DNA of 52,510 bases from Candidatus Staskawiczbacteria bacterium (GCA_016196125.1 JACPYG010000006.1:1-52510), one strand, 5' to 3'; positions 8,624-18,776 are shown, counted from the stretch's first letter. Numbers and translations: made by a program. The notes: generated by a model not told the origin, from the letters alone.

Positions 8624-11065
8624 TTAATTCCTTACGGGTAATTCCAAGTAAAAAGTAGTCCCTTTATTAAGTTCACTTTTAAACCAAATTTTACCGCCCA
8701 AAATACTAGTCATCTCTTTGACTATATAAAGGCCAAGTCCAGTGCCTTCTCTGTTGCTTTTCTCTTTATTTTGATCCATTGAATTGGCGGCTCTGAATAG
8801 TTTTTCGAAAACTCTTCCTTGATCCTTTTGCGGAATACCTATTCCATTATCAAAAATTTCAAATAAAATTTTATAATTATCGCTCTTTATATTACAAATA
8901 ATTTCGCCTCCTTTTAATGTGTATTTTACCGAATTAGAAATGATATTTTGCAGAATCATAGAAAGCAATGATGGGTCAGTAATCATTTTTAATGACTCTT
9001 CTGATTGATTAACATTTATTTTTTGATTTTTTCGATTAATTTCCATGCGCTGTTCTTGTATGACACTCTCTAATAATTTTCTTACATCAACCAATTGCTT
9101 GTTTATTTTTAACTTTCCCATTTCAATACGAGCCGTGCTCAATAAATTATTGATGAGTTTTATCATTCTCTCGTTGCCATAGTAAATTTCGGCAATATAC
9201 TTTTCCTGTTTTTCGTTGAGAGCACCTGTTTTTTTATTGGCGAGCATGTTTGAATACCACTTAATAGCGGTTGCAGGTGTGCGAAGCTGATGGCTTGATA
9301 AATAGACAAATTCCGTTTTGGCATTATCTACTTGAATGATTAATCTGCTGATGAGCATTGCAATAAAAAGAACAAAAGAACCCAATAAAGCGCTAAGTAT
9401 GATCGTTATAAAAAGCAAGATATTTTTTATGTATCTTGAACCTTCGCCTAAAGTCGAAGAAAAACTATTTTCTAGAATAGTTAACTGGCTATCGATTTCG
9501 CCGGATTCTTTAATTAGAGAAGCTGTTTGCAATGATCGCTGACGTTGCTCTTCCGGGTTATTGATATCGTGGGGAGCAACAATAATTTCATGCATTTTTT
9601 CTCCAATATCCAATAAATTTTCTATTTGAGAATCACCCTTTGTCCAAATTTGTATTGCTTTATCCATATAACTTAGGTGTCGAAACCACCGATAAAGAAA
9701 AATTAAATCATCGACATCGTTAGGATTATTACCGCCCTGAATAAACCCTTTACTGACAATGGCAAAATTGGGATTTTTTTTGTTTAATTCAAGACGAGCT
9801 TGTTTGTCGCCCATGTTTACCTGCAAGAAAGTTAAAAATTTATTATAATCATCCTCGTTAAAAGAAATAGAATAGGCAACAAGACTATTAGTCGCCTCTT
9901 TTTGGGCTTTTGACCATAACCCTTCCCCTCCCACATAGGAGCGGATACTCGACATCATCTTCATGCCAAACCAAAAATTTACCACACCAGACAATAAAGT
10001 AAGTATAATAAGAATGATGATAATGGAAAGCTTTTTATTAACCGAAAGTTCTCGCAACCATTCCATTATAATATTTTTTTTACTTACTTTATAAAATGTT
10101 TCTTTCTTAAGTTTTTCGGATTTATTCTGCAAAGAAACATTGGATTCACGCGCCAATAATTCAGCTTTTTTCCGTTCTGCGATAACAGAAGCTAAAACAA
10201 GCATAGTCAAAGAAAGCGCTCCCATAAAAAGCTGGAGCTGCAAAAGAGTTTGACTAGTTGTTCCATCGACAAATAGACCAAAACCAGAAATGGTACCTAA
10301 AATGGCAATAACTGAAACAATAAGTATAAGTGAGACAATAACCTTGGGATTAAACCTAATGGCTATCCAAATGAATAAGGGAAATATTAAATATATTAAA
10401 CTTGGGTAATTAATATTTTTACTAAAACTGCTAAAAACAAATATGCTAATTATAATAATTAACATAGATATAGCAATAAGTTCCCAAATCCTTCTTATAT
10501 TTATTTTTTTCCAAGATTTACTTAGCCACACGAATAAAAATGGAGCAACAATTAAGTCTCCTAGGATATCCCCGATCCACCATGCGGTCCAAGTTTTTAA
10601 ATAAGAAGACAAAGATACTATATGCGTAAAAAATAAAGCCGTGACTCCAATAGTTGCGCTAATTGCAGTGCTAAATAAAGATGCAAAAATGATAAGTAAT
10701 AATACATCTTTGAGTCTTTCTAATTCCTTTTGGAATCCAAAATGTTTTAAAAGGCAAACACCAATTACTGCTTCCATGGTGTTGCCTATACCAATACCTA
10801 CAGCTCCTATAAGCGGCGCCCCAGTTATACTATTAACTAAAAAAGCGCCCACAAATATGGCAGGCCACAAATCAATGCCAAAAACGAATAAAGCCACTAA
10901 TGCAATACCCGTTGGCGGCCAAACGAGGGTGGCAAAACCGCTCACCGGACTAATCATTAATCCAAATCTTGCTGAAACAAAATATACTATAAAAAGAATT
11001 ATTAATTTTACGGGATATGAGTAATAACGTAAAAAATAAGTTTTGAGTTTAACTTTATTATTCAT
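8624..11065 (-). CDS. MASE1-domain sensor histidine kinase
   Basis: MASE1 (WPPTG, WWIGD), extracytoplasmic YVGGEGLWSKAQK region, SHQLRTP H-box, NSVKY/DNGIG/GTGLGL. Confidence 0.9.
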   Translation of the reverse strand: MNNKVKLKTYFLRYYSYPVKLIILFIVYFVSARFGLMISPVSGFATLVWPPTGIALVALFVFGIDLWPAIFVGAFLVNSITGAPLIGAVGIGIGNTMEAVIGVCLLKHFGFQKELERLKDVLLLIIFASLFSTAISATIGVTALFFTHIVSLSSYLKTWTAWWIGDILGDLIVAPFLFVWLSKSWKKINIRRIWELIAISMLIIIISIFVFSSFSKNINYPSLIYLIFPLFIWIAIRFNPKVIVSLILIVSVIAILGTISGFGLFVDGTTSQTLLQLQLFMGALSLTMLVLASVIAERKKAELLARESNVSLQNKSEKLKKETFYKVSKKNIIMEWLRELSVNKKLSIIIILIILTLLSGVVNFWFGMKMMSSIRSYVGGEGLWSKAQKEATNSLVAYSISFNEDDYNKFLTFLQVNMGDKQARLELNKKNPNFAIVSKGFIQGGNNPNDVDDLIFLYRWFRHLSYMDKAIQIWTKGDSQIENLLDIGEKMHEIIVAPHDINNPEEQRQRSLQTASLIKESGEIDSQLTILENSFSSTLGEGSRYIKNILLFITIILSALLGSFVLFIAMLISRLIIQVDNAKTEFVYLSSHQLRTPATAIKWYSNMLANKKTGALNEKQEKYIAEIYYGNERMIKLINNLLSTARIEMGKLKINKQLVDVRKLLESVIQEQRMEINRKNQKINVNQSEESLKMITDPSLLSMILQNIISNSVKYTLKGGEIICNIKSDNYKILFEIFDNGIGIPQKDQGRVFEKLFRAANSMDQNKEKSNREGTGLGLYIVKEMTSILGGKIWFKSELNKGTTFYLELPVRN

Positions 11066-11493
11066 CGTCTTTATTTTACCATAAAAAAACCCGATAATAA
11101 ATTTCGGGAATTTTGCGCGAGGTCGTGAACAACGTTAGAACCATAATGCAGGAGCAAAAAGAGTATATTTACATTCCCGGATTTAGGGCTAAAAGTTGAA
11201 GTCTAATATTCGCCCCTACCCACCCCTTAACTCACTATTGTTTTGTAAAATAAAATCCAGTTTTTACAAGAACTGGCAAACTCGTTTTGCGCTCCTTAAT
11301 ACCCGTGGGTAATGGCCGTGAAAATAAATTTCACGAGGTAGGCGACCGCCCCGACAGGCATAGCGTCATCATGATGATCGTGAACCAATCATCAACTGGA
11401 TCTGTCAGCGGATCAATCTCAGGCTTCTTACTCTCGTGGTCTCCAATGTTGCGCTGTAACACGGTTAGCTCCTTTCTTGGTGAATTGACAAGG

Positions 11494-11754
11494 TTAAAAA
11501 ACCCAAAGCGCCATCCACAAAGTAAAGATAACGCCATATATCAATCTAATTCCCCACGTGTGGGTGAGGAATCTTCTCCATCCTGTTGGTTTTACTAATT
11601 CCGGTTCGCCCAAGCGACTGAATTGCCCACCAATTAATCCAATTTTGAATTCTAACTCTTTGCCTCTCCGCATCATTGCACGGAATAAGTTAATATTCCG
11701 CTGTTCAATGACAAAAATTGCAAACATAATCACAAGACCAACAAATTTAAACAA
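11494..11754 (-). pseudogene. Probable 5'-truncated two-TM protein fragment
   Basis: Protein-like hydrophobic pattern; TTG start abuts the palindrome TTAAGCAAGAA-CCG-TTCTTGCTTAA; no RBS. Confidence 0.4.
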
Positions 11755-11852
11755 GTTTAAGCAAGAACCGTTCTTGCTTAACCTAATTTACGCCTTTTTC
11801 AACAAAATTTCTATCCGTAAAACAAAACATCCAAATGGGTGTTTTATTTTTG

Positions 11853-11928
11853 CGCGGGCGACGGGATTTGAACCCGTGATCTTTCCCGTGACAGGGGAAT
11901 ATTCTAAACCAGGCTGAACTACGCCCGC
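11853..11928 (-). tRNA. tRNA-Asp(GTC)
   Basis: Cloverleaf GCGGGCG..TTCCC-CTGTCAC-GGGAA..GGTTCAAATCC..CGCCCGC-G; CCA not encoded. Confidence 0.95.
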
Positions 11929-11955
11929 ATGCTTGCACTGAACTACAGTGAAGTG

Positions 11956-12028
11956 TGCCGGCGACAGGGATCGAACCTGTGACCTTACGCTTATGAAACG
12001 TATGCTACTGCCACTGAGCTACGCCGGC
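11956..12028 (-). tRNA. tRNA with CAT anticodon (elongator Met or Ile2)
   Basis: GCCGGCG..TACGT-TTCATAA-GCGTA..GGTTCGATCC..CGCCGGC-A. Confidence 0.9.
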
Positions 12029-12050
12029 GGATTTTTGACTTAGTCAAAAA

Positions 12051-12081
12051 TAGTTTTTAGTTATAAGTTATTGGTTGTTAG
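12051..12081. repeat. Degenerate 7-bp tandem repeats (left flank)
   Basis: TAGTTTT TAGTTAT AAGTTAT TGGTTGT TAG. Confidence 0.6.
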
Positions 12082-12421
12082 ATTTTATGCTTTTTAATAA
12101 ACCATGTAAAATCTTATTTACCAAATCACACTGTAATAATTCTTCTTTACAATTTATATTAAATAAATTTTCTATTAATTTAAATATGGCAATTGTTTCA
12201 TATAAAGACCTGATTGAAATTTCCAAGAATGAAACAAATATTTTAGAACTGCCGGCTCCACTGCCCTCTGTAATATTTAAAGAAACAGAAGTTACAGCGC
12301 GTTTTAATTGATCAATAAGTGCAAACTTTTCTTCCTTAGGCAACTTCTGGCTTAAAACATAAGATATCTTGGCTAACTTCATCGCCTCTTGCCAGGCCTT
12401 AGGTTTCTCAAAATTATACAT
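12068..12421 (-). CDS. Four-helix-bundle protein (23S rRNA intervening-sequence protein/bAvd-like family)
   Basis: FEK..AWQ, LPKEEKFALIDQLKRAVTSVSLNITEG signature. Confidence 0.85.
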   Translation of the reverse strand: MYNFEKPKAWQEAMKLAKISYVLSQKLPKEEKFALIDQLKRAVTSVSLNITEGSGAGSSKIFVSFLEISIRSLYETIAIFKLIENLFNINCKEELLQCDLVNKILHGLLKSIKSNNQ

Positions 12422-12447
12422 AATATATTTGAGTTAATAGTTTTTAT

Positions 12448-12482
12448 CTAATGACTAAAGACTGACAACTATCAACAACAAA
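12448..12482. repeat. Degenerate 7-bp tandem repeats (right flank, inverted relative to left)
   Basis: CTAATGA CTAAAGA CTGACAA CTATCAA CAACAAA. Confidence 0.65.
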
Positions 12483-12501
12483 TTTTATTTCATAAAATTT
12501 G

Positions 12502-12572
12502 TTGCGCCTCCCCGAATTGCACGGGGGCCTGCAGCTTATGAGACTGCCGAGGTACTACTCCTCCAAGGCGCT
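12502..12572 (-). tRNA. tRNA-Met(CAT), initiator-like, atypical
   Basis: 71-nt cloverleaf, A1xA72 mismatch, A11-U24, loop CTCATAA, T-loop TGCAATT. Confidence 0.85.
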
Positions 12573-12622
12573 ATGTGTACTTTGTTATTCTAACATAAAA
12601 ATATATAAAATCAATAATTAGT

Positions 12623-14179
12623 TTACATATTTAAAAGCCTTAATTTTTTAAGACGCGAGATAATTGACCCTCTCGTTCTATTAAATGCAGTGGTAATCTT
12701 AGCAATGCTTAAACCTTTCGTAAAAAGTTCTTGTAATTCAATATCTTGCGCTTTATCCCAAGGGAAATAAGCATTTGAATGTTTTTGGCGTATTTTTTCA
12801 AAACCCAATTTACCTGAAATTAATTTACCTCCACACGAAAGAATAAATTGACTGCTATTTTTTTCAATATCGTGACTTGTCATTTCATTTATCATACTCA
12901 TCGCATCAGCCGATTGTTTTTGAAATTCACCATCCTTTTTTAATACTTCCGGATGCACTTTAAATGCGTGCTCATTAAAACCCAAAAGATGCAAGCCGGA
13001 AAGTCGCCTGACACGCGACATGGCAACATACCCTTGTCCAAATTCAAACACATTACTTAAATCAATTACTGCTTCATCTAAACTTATTCCCTGGCTTTTG
13101 TGCACGGTGATTGCCCATGCAAGACGAAGCGGCAGTTGGGTAATTCGTGCGAGAACTTTGCCATTTTCTTCTATTGTCCAATTCATTGTTTGAACTTTAA
13201 TTTTTTTGCCATCCCTTGTTTTTACAATAGGTTCTTGCGTATTCTCTGCAAAGGCTTCGACTGTTCCTAGAGTGCCATTTACAAATCCTTCTTTTGAATT
13301 ATTTTTTGTAAACATTACCGAAGCGCCGATTTTAAGATAAAGATCATTAGGTGAAAGACAGCCTTTTTTAAGCACCGCAACAATTGGTTCTACGCCTTGC
13401 GACAACATCGTAAACACCTTTGATTCTCCGCTAAGATTATCAAGAATTTCATTATTAACGCGATCCACATCTGCATTATATGAAAATAACTTCGGCGCTG
13501 TTTTTGGGGCAGCATCATAAGTAATTTTTCTATCACTGATATAGCGTAAGTGACTATCATTAAAATCATTTCGTCGAATTGCTGATAGTAAAGCAATAAA
13601 ATTGCTGTCATCTTGCCTGTGTTGTTCATCAAGATAACAAGTGACTAATTTTGCCCGTTGCCACACGGAAGAATCACAAGCGAAACGCCCGAAAGATTTT
13701 TCAATCAACGTTATTTGCAGATCATCTTTTTCTTCTTTTTTTACTACGGGAGGCAGTTGAAAAAAATCTCCAACTACCACAATTTGCATTCCGCCAAAAG
13801 GCTTATCTTTATCTTTTATTTCTCTGACAACCGCGTCAATCATTGAAAAAGTTTCCGGAGAAAGCATTGAGATTTCATCTATGATAAGAACTTTTGCGCG
13901 CCTAACTCGTTTAATTATATAATTTGTTGATGCTATCTTTTTGAGGTCATGCTTATCTAATATATGTTTAATCCCTATTCCGCTCCAAGAGTGAATGGTA
14001 AAACCGCCAATATGAGTCGCAGAGATGCCGGTTGAAGCAGTGATTGCCGGTTCAATATCATGACTGCGTAAATATGCCACATATTCATTGATAGTATGTG
14101 TTTTACCGCTTCCCGGAGAACCGGTTAAAAAAACATTATACCCCATTTTTAAAATGTCTAGCGCTTCTTTTTGAATCAC
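12623..14179 (-). CDS. PIF1-like SF1B DNA helicase with C-terminal HTH
   Basis: GSPGSGKT, IDEISM, GDFFQLPPV, AWAITVHKSQG, GYVAMSR. Confidence 0.9.
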   Translation of the reverse strand: MIQKEALDILKMGYNVFLTGSPGSGKTHTINEYVAYLRSHDIEPAITASTGISATHIGGFTIHSWSGIGIKHILDKHDLKKIASTNYIIKRVRRAKVLIIDEISMLSPETFSMIDAVVREIKDKDKPFGGMQIVVVGDFFQLPPVVKKEEKDDLQITLIEKSFGRFACDSSVWQRAKLVTCYLDEQHRQDDSNFIALLSAIRRNDFNDSHLRYISDRKITYDAAPKTAPKLFSYNADVDRVNNEILDNLSGESKVFTMLSQGVEPIVAVLKKGCLSPNDLYLKIGASVMFTKNNSKEGFVNGTLGTVEAFAENTQEPIVKTRDGKKIKVQTMNWTIEENGKVLARITQLPLRLAWAITVHKSQGISLDEAVIDLSNVFEFGQGYVAMSRVRRLSGLHLLGFNEHAFKVHPEVLKKDGEFQKQSADAMSMINEMTSHDIEKNSSQFILSCGGKLISGKLGFEKIRQKHSNAYFPWDKAQDIELQELFTKGLSIAKITTAFNRTRGSIISRLKKLRLLNM

Positions 14180-14191
14180 AATTTTTACTTT

Positions 14192-15994
14192 CTACTGATT
14201 TTTGAATATCTCTAAAAATGCTTTTGTTGGAACTTGCACAGTGCCTTTTCCTTTCATCAATTTTTTTCCTTTTTTTTGTTTTTCCAAAAGTTTTCTTTTT
14301 CTAGTAATGTCGCCTCCATACAAATATCCGGTAACATCTTTTCTGCGGGCTTTAATTGTTTCACGAGCAACCACTTTTCCGGAAACAACGGCTTGCAGGG
14401 GAACAGAAAATTGTTCGGGATCCAAAACTTCTTTTAATTTTTCAACAACAAACTTCCCTTCTCTATATGCCTCATTTTCAGAAACAATTTTTGACAAAGC
14501 TTCTTCTTTCTGGCCTGCAATCCAAATTTCCATTTTTACTAATTTGGCGGGCTTTAACCCGGATATTTTATAATTCATTGACGCATAGCCCTGGCTGGCG
14601 CTTTTTATTTTATCGTAAAGGCCGGTTATAACGCCTCTTAAAGGAACATCATAAATTATAATTGCCCTTTGGCTGGAAAGGTACTGCGTGTCTGCATAAA
14701 TGCCATTAAGATTTTTTAAAATTTCCATCAATTTGCCCAAATATATTAATGGAGTTATTATTTCCAATAAAACCCACGGCTCTTGAGTTTCTTTGATTTG
14801 AGACGTATCCGGCCAATCCGAAGCTGAATAGATAAACTTTTCTTCTCCTTTGATATTAATAATTTTAAAAACAACAGACGGCGTTGAGATTACCAAATTT
14901 AAATTAAATTCCCGGCGCAATCTTTCTGCAACAATCTCAACATGCAATGTTCCCAAAAATCCAACCATAAATCCCCTGCCCAGAGCTTCTTTTGTTTCCG
15001 ATTCAAAAGTTAAAGCCGGATCGTTAAGTTTTAACTTTGATAAAGCGTCTTTTAACAGATCAAAATCATCCGGATTTTCCGGGTAAAAACTGGCAAAAAC
15101 CATCGGCTTTGGTTCTTGATACCCTGGCAATGGTTCAATATTAATGGCTGGAAACTGAATCTTTACAATCGTGTCTCCCGCCATAACTTTTCCCGGCTCT
15201 TTAATGCCAGTGGCAATATATCCTATTTCTCCGGCATAAAGCTTGTTTTGAGGCGAACGCCCCGGATTAAAATAACCTAATTCTTTTATTTCTGCCGCGG
15301 CATTGGCCGCAAAAAGTTTAATTTTTTGGTTATTTTCAACTTCTCCGTCCACTATTCTGATAAAAGCAATCACTCCCTTGAAAGAATCATAATCTGAATC
15401 AAAAATTAAGGCCCTGAATGGTTTTTCCAGATTTTCTTTTTTTGGAGCAGGAATTTTTTCAATTACGGCTTTTAAAATTTGCTCAACATTTTCCCCTGTT
15501 TTGGCAGAAACTTTTAAAATTTCACTTTCATTGATTTTTAAAAGATTGACTAATTCTTCAACGACTTCCTGCACCTTTGCCTGAGGCAAATCAATTTTAT
15601 TTATAACGGGAATAATTATTAAGTTTTGCTTTTTTGCCAATTCTAAATTTGCCAAAGTCTGAGCCTGTATCCCTTGCCCGGCATCTACCAATAACACGGT
15701 TCCCTCCACAGCGGCTAAAGACCTGGATACTTCATAGGTAAAATCAACGTGGCCAGGGGTATCAACCAAATTTAAAATAAAATCTTTGCCCAAATAATTA
15801 TAATTCATTCTGATTGATTTCAATTTTATTGTAATTCCTTTTTCTCTTTCTAATTCCATAGAATCCAAAAATTGGGGTTTCATTTTTTTAGACTCAATCG
15901 TATGAGTCAACTCCAAAAGCCGGTCCGCTAAAGTGGACTTTCCATGGTCAATGTGGGCTATGATTGAAAAATTTCTAATGTTTTCCTGGCTCAT
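14192..15994 (-). CDS. lepA: Elongation factor 4
   Basis: MSQENIRNFSIIAHIDHGKSTL, DTPGHVDF, YGGDITRKRKLLEKQK; start trimmed to ATG 15994. Confidence 0.97.
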   Translation of the reverse strand: MSQENIRNFSIIAHIDHGKSTLADRLLELTHTIESKKMKPQFLDSMELEREKGITIKLKSIRMNYNYLGKDFILNLVDTPGHVDFTYEVSRSLAAVEGTVLLVDAGQGIQAQTLANLELAKKQNLIIIPVINKIDLPQAKVQEVVEELVNLLKINESEILKVSAKTGENVEQILKAVIEKIPAPKKENLEKPFRALIFDSDYDSFKGVIAFIRIVDGEVENNQKIKLFAANAAAEIKELGYFNPGRSPQNKLYAGEIGYIATGIKEPGKVMAGDTIVKIQFPAINIEPLPGYQEPKPMVFASFYPENPDDFDLLKDALSKLKLNDPALTFESETKEALGRGFMVGFLGTLHVEIVAERLRREFNLNLVISTPSVVFKIINIKGEEKFIYSASDWPDTSQIKETQEPWVLLEIITPLIYLGKLMEILKNLNGIYADTQYLSSQRAIIIYDVPLRGVITGLYDKIKSASQGYASMNYKISGLKPAKLVKMEIWIAGQKEEALSKIVSENEAYREGKFVVEKLKEVLDPEQFSVPLQAVVSGKVVARETIKARRKDVTGYLYGGDITRKRKLLEKQKKGKKLMKGKGTVQVPTKAFLEIFKNQ

Positions 15995-15996
15995 AA

Positions 15997-17646
15997 TTAA
16001 TTTTTCTTGAAAAATTTTGGGAAAAAAGAGTTTTTTATCATTTCGAGCTCGGGCGATTGCAAAATAAATGATATTCCAATATAACAAATAATTCCAGCCG
16101 ATGTTGCAAATGCCAACTGAAAAAATACCCCTAAAAATGTCTGCAAATTAACCAAGTTATAGCTTATGACAATCTGCCTTGCCAAAAATGTGACGGCGGC
16201 GGTTAAAACCGAAGATAAAGCAATTTTATAAAGAGAAACTGCCAAGTGCTTCAATCTGAATACTCTGAATTTTTTATAAAGGAAAAATAAAAGCAATAAT
16301 GATTCAGCTATTCCGGCAATTGAAAACGCCAGCGGCAATCCCAATACGGAAATATTATCTATGCCTTGCAGTTTCAATACAAATTGGAAGAATGAAAAAA
16401 ATAATCCATGCAATTCCAAAAGCCATACAAAGAAAAAACTCATTGCAATATTAAGGGCAACGGTAATAAACGAAATTAAAGCTGGAATCTTTGTATTATG
16501 GGCGGCGTAAAATGTTTTTGACAAGATAAAAATTAATCCTTGGGCGCACAATCCAATGCTAAAAACGCCAAGGCTGGCAGCGGCCAATCTTGTATCTATC
16601 CAGTCAAATTTTCCAGAACCCCATACAATTCTTGCCACTTGAGCCCTTAAAATAAAAAGTAAGATACTTACAGGAACAGTAAAAAATATAATCTGCAAAA
16701 ATGCTGAAGAAAACTTTTTTTCAAATTCTTTTTTATTTTTCTTTGAATATGCAAGGGCCATGGCGGGGAAAATGGCGGTTGAAAGCGAAACCGCAAAGGC
16801 GTTTACCATAATAGAAGACAAATTATTTGCCAAGCTAAACACCGTTATGCTGCCTGTGATTAATGTTGAAGCTATGGCAGTGGTTGCAATGGTATTTAAT
16901 TGTCCGGCTCCCAATCCCAAAGACCTTGGCACCATTAATTTTAATGTTTTTATTACGCCAGCATGCTTGAAATCAAACAGGGGTTTATAAACAAATCCCG
17001 AATTAAAAAATACGGGAATCTGTATTAAAAGATGCAAAACACCGCCAAAAACCACGCCTAAAGCAAGCCCCACAAGTCCGAATTTAGGCACAAAAAATAA
17101 AATTCCTATGATAATGCCCAAGTTATAAAGCAACGGAGCCAAGGCAGTTACCAAAAACCGTTTAAAAACCTGCAATATGCCGCTTATAATATTGCTTATG
17201 CCCAAAATAATCGGGCTTAAAAACATAATGCGCATTAAAAGCGCAGTTATTTCTCTTTTCTCAGGTGAAAATCCCGGCGCAATCAACGAAACAAAAAAGG
17301 GAGCCAATATGATAAATAATAGGCAAACCGCTATTAAAAAAACGAGAAAAATATTCAAAAGGTTTAATGCATATCTCCAGGCCTCATCTTCTGAATTGGC
17401 TAAATATGAACTGAATATGGGAATAATTGCTGAGGATATGGCGCCAAACACTAAAATTAGGGCAATAAAATCAGGTACGGTGAAAGCGGCATAATAAACA
17501 TCTAATTCATTTCCAGCGCCGAACTTTCCCGCCAGAAGATGGTCGCGGAATAAACCCAGTAAGGCAGAAAAAAAATAAGACGCCGCTAAAATTAAAGAGG
17601 CAAAACTAATGCTTTTTGTTTGCGTGTTAAGTAATTTTTTTATCAT
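15997..17646 (-). CDS. murJ: Lipid II flippase
   Basis: LGLFRD..LA.KFGA, AAF..PD, multi-TM, FYA..NTKIP. Confidence 0.92.
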   Translation of the reverse strand: MIKKLLNTQTKSISFASLILAASYFFSALLGLFRDHLLAGKFGAGNELDVYYAAFTVPDFIALILVFGAISSAIIPIFSSYLANSEDEAWRYALNLLNIFLVFLIAVCLLFIILAPFFVSLIAPGFSPEKREITALLMRIMFLSPIILGISNIISGILQVFKRFLVTALAPLLYNLGIIIGILFFVPKFGLVGLALGVVFGGVLHLLIQIPVFFNSGFVYKPLFDFKHAGVIKTLKLMVPRSLGLGAGQLNTIATTAIASTLITGSITVFSLANNLSSIMVNAFAVSLSTAIFPAMALAYSKKNKKEFEKKFSSAFLQIIFFTVPVSILLFILRAQVARIVWGSGKFDWIDTRLAAASLGVFSIGLCAQGLIFILSKTFYAAHNTKIPALISFITVALNIAMSFFFVWLLELHGLFFSFFQFVLKLQGIDNISVLGLPLAFSIAGIAESLLLLFFLYKKFRVFRLKHLAVSLYKIALSSVLTAAVTFLARQIVISYNLVNLQTFLGVFFQLAFATSAGIICYIGISFILQSPELEMIKNSFFPKFFKKN

Positions 17647-18074
17647 ATCTCCAACTCAAAACAGTCGTATTTATGGTTTTTATAATATCCATGATCATCC
17701 ATAATCTTAAAACCTTTTTTTAAATAAAAGTCGCTTGCCCGGTATTCGCTAAAAGAATAGGCGTGCAATATGTTAAACCCTTTTTCCTTGGCAAATTGCT
17801 TGGCAAATTCTATAAATCTGCTGCCAAGTCCTTTGAGTTGGAATTCTTTTCTAACCGCCAATGTTTCTATGCTTACTTTATTTCTCCGAGAGCGTAAACT
17901 CATAACTCCTGCCAGCCTCCCCCCGTCTTCTATGACAAAATATTCTTTATTTTGAATTTGCTTTTGCACAAATTCCTCTTTATCCCAAACAAAATCAGGA
18001 ATATCCAAAGATAATTCATTTACAATAACTAAAACCTCTTTTTTATCTTTTAGTTCAGCTTGCCTTAATATCAT
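17643..18074 (-). CDS. GNAT acetyltransferase
   Basis: LAVRKEFQLKGLG, FYLKKGF. Confidence 0.85.
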   Translation of the reverse strand: MILRQAELKDKKEVLVIVNELSLDIPDFVWDKEEFVQKQIQNKEYFVIEDGGRLAGVMSLRSRRNKVSIETLAVRKEFQLKGLGSRFIEFAKQFAKEKGFNILHAYSFSEYRASDFYLKKGFKIMDDHGYYKNHKYDCFELEI

Positions 18075-18080
18075 TATTTT

Positions 18081-18776
18081 TTAGAAAATTTCCCTTATAA
18101 TTCCGATTGGAGTTTGCTCATCAGACTGCCCCAAGGGATTATCTTTAATAATTTTGGCGACTAATTTTTTATCAATGCCGCGGCTGGCTCCCAAAATATT
18201 TACTCCGAAATCATTTGCGTCAACAACAGCAACAGGAGTTTTTAATTCTTCTGAAACTTTTTCTGCCACTTTATTTGCTCTTATCGGGCCTTTTGAAACA
18301 TATGTATTATAGGGAGGTATGGCATATTCAACCGCTCCGTCAATAGACCTGGCTTTACTTCCTGCGATAATATAAAAAACCCCCCTGATATTAAAAATTT
18401 TAAAAAAAGCCCCCAAAAAAGCAGCTAATAAAATTCTTGGCATACCTACTTCTTCAATGGCCAACTGCATTGTTTCCGGCGACCCCAACCCTATGCCGAT
18501 TGGAGTTTTTGTCACAAAACTTGATAAAAAATTCGCCATTTTTGAGGCAATTATTTCTGATTTGGGATAAGACCTGCCTTGAGTCACCGAAACAGCTTTT
18601 TCGCTTATAAAAATAATGTCTTTTGGTTTGAGGTGCAAAGCCGCATATTCTTTGACAATTTGTGATATATTTTTATCCTCTGGCGTTATTAATTTTGTTC
18701 TAACAGGATATCTGGCAAATTTTTTACCATTAACTTCAATGATTAAATTTTTGCCTGGATTTGGAGCTAATTCCAT
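18081..18776 (-). CDS. F420-0:gamma-glutamyl ligase (CofE)-like protein
   Basis: SEKAVSVTQGR, SIDG, VVDAND, DNPLGQSDEQTP; start MELAP. Confidence 0.75.
   Translation of the reverse strand: MELAPNPGKNLIIEVNGKKFARYPVRTKLITPEDKNISQIVKEYAALHLKPKDIIFISEKAVSVTQGRSYPKSEIIASKMANFLSSFVTKTPIGIGLGSPETMQLAIEEVGMPRILLAAFLGAFFKIFNIRGVFYIIAGSKARSIDGAVEYAIPPYNTYVSKGPIRANKVAEKVSEELKTPVAVVDANDFGVNILGASRGIDKKLVAKIIKDNPLGQSDEQTPIGIIREIF

Noticed and set aside
8101-11141. Integron attC sites
   Set aside because: GTTAGAA does not fit GTTRRRY with a paired RYYYAAC box, and no integron integrase is present.
11287-11598. ORFs 11287-11598 and 11331-11537
   Set aside because: No RBS or motifs; likely decayed foreign DNA near the tRNA.
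12068-12421. Diversity-generating retroelement
   Set aside because: Avd-like fold only; no reverse transcriptase or TR/VR pair seen.
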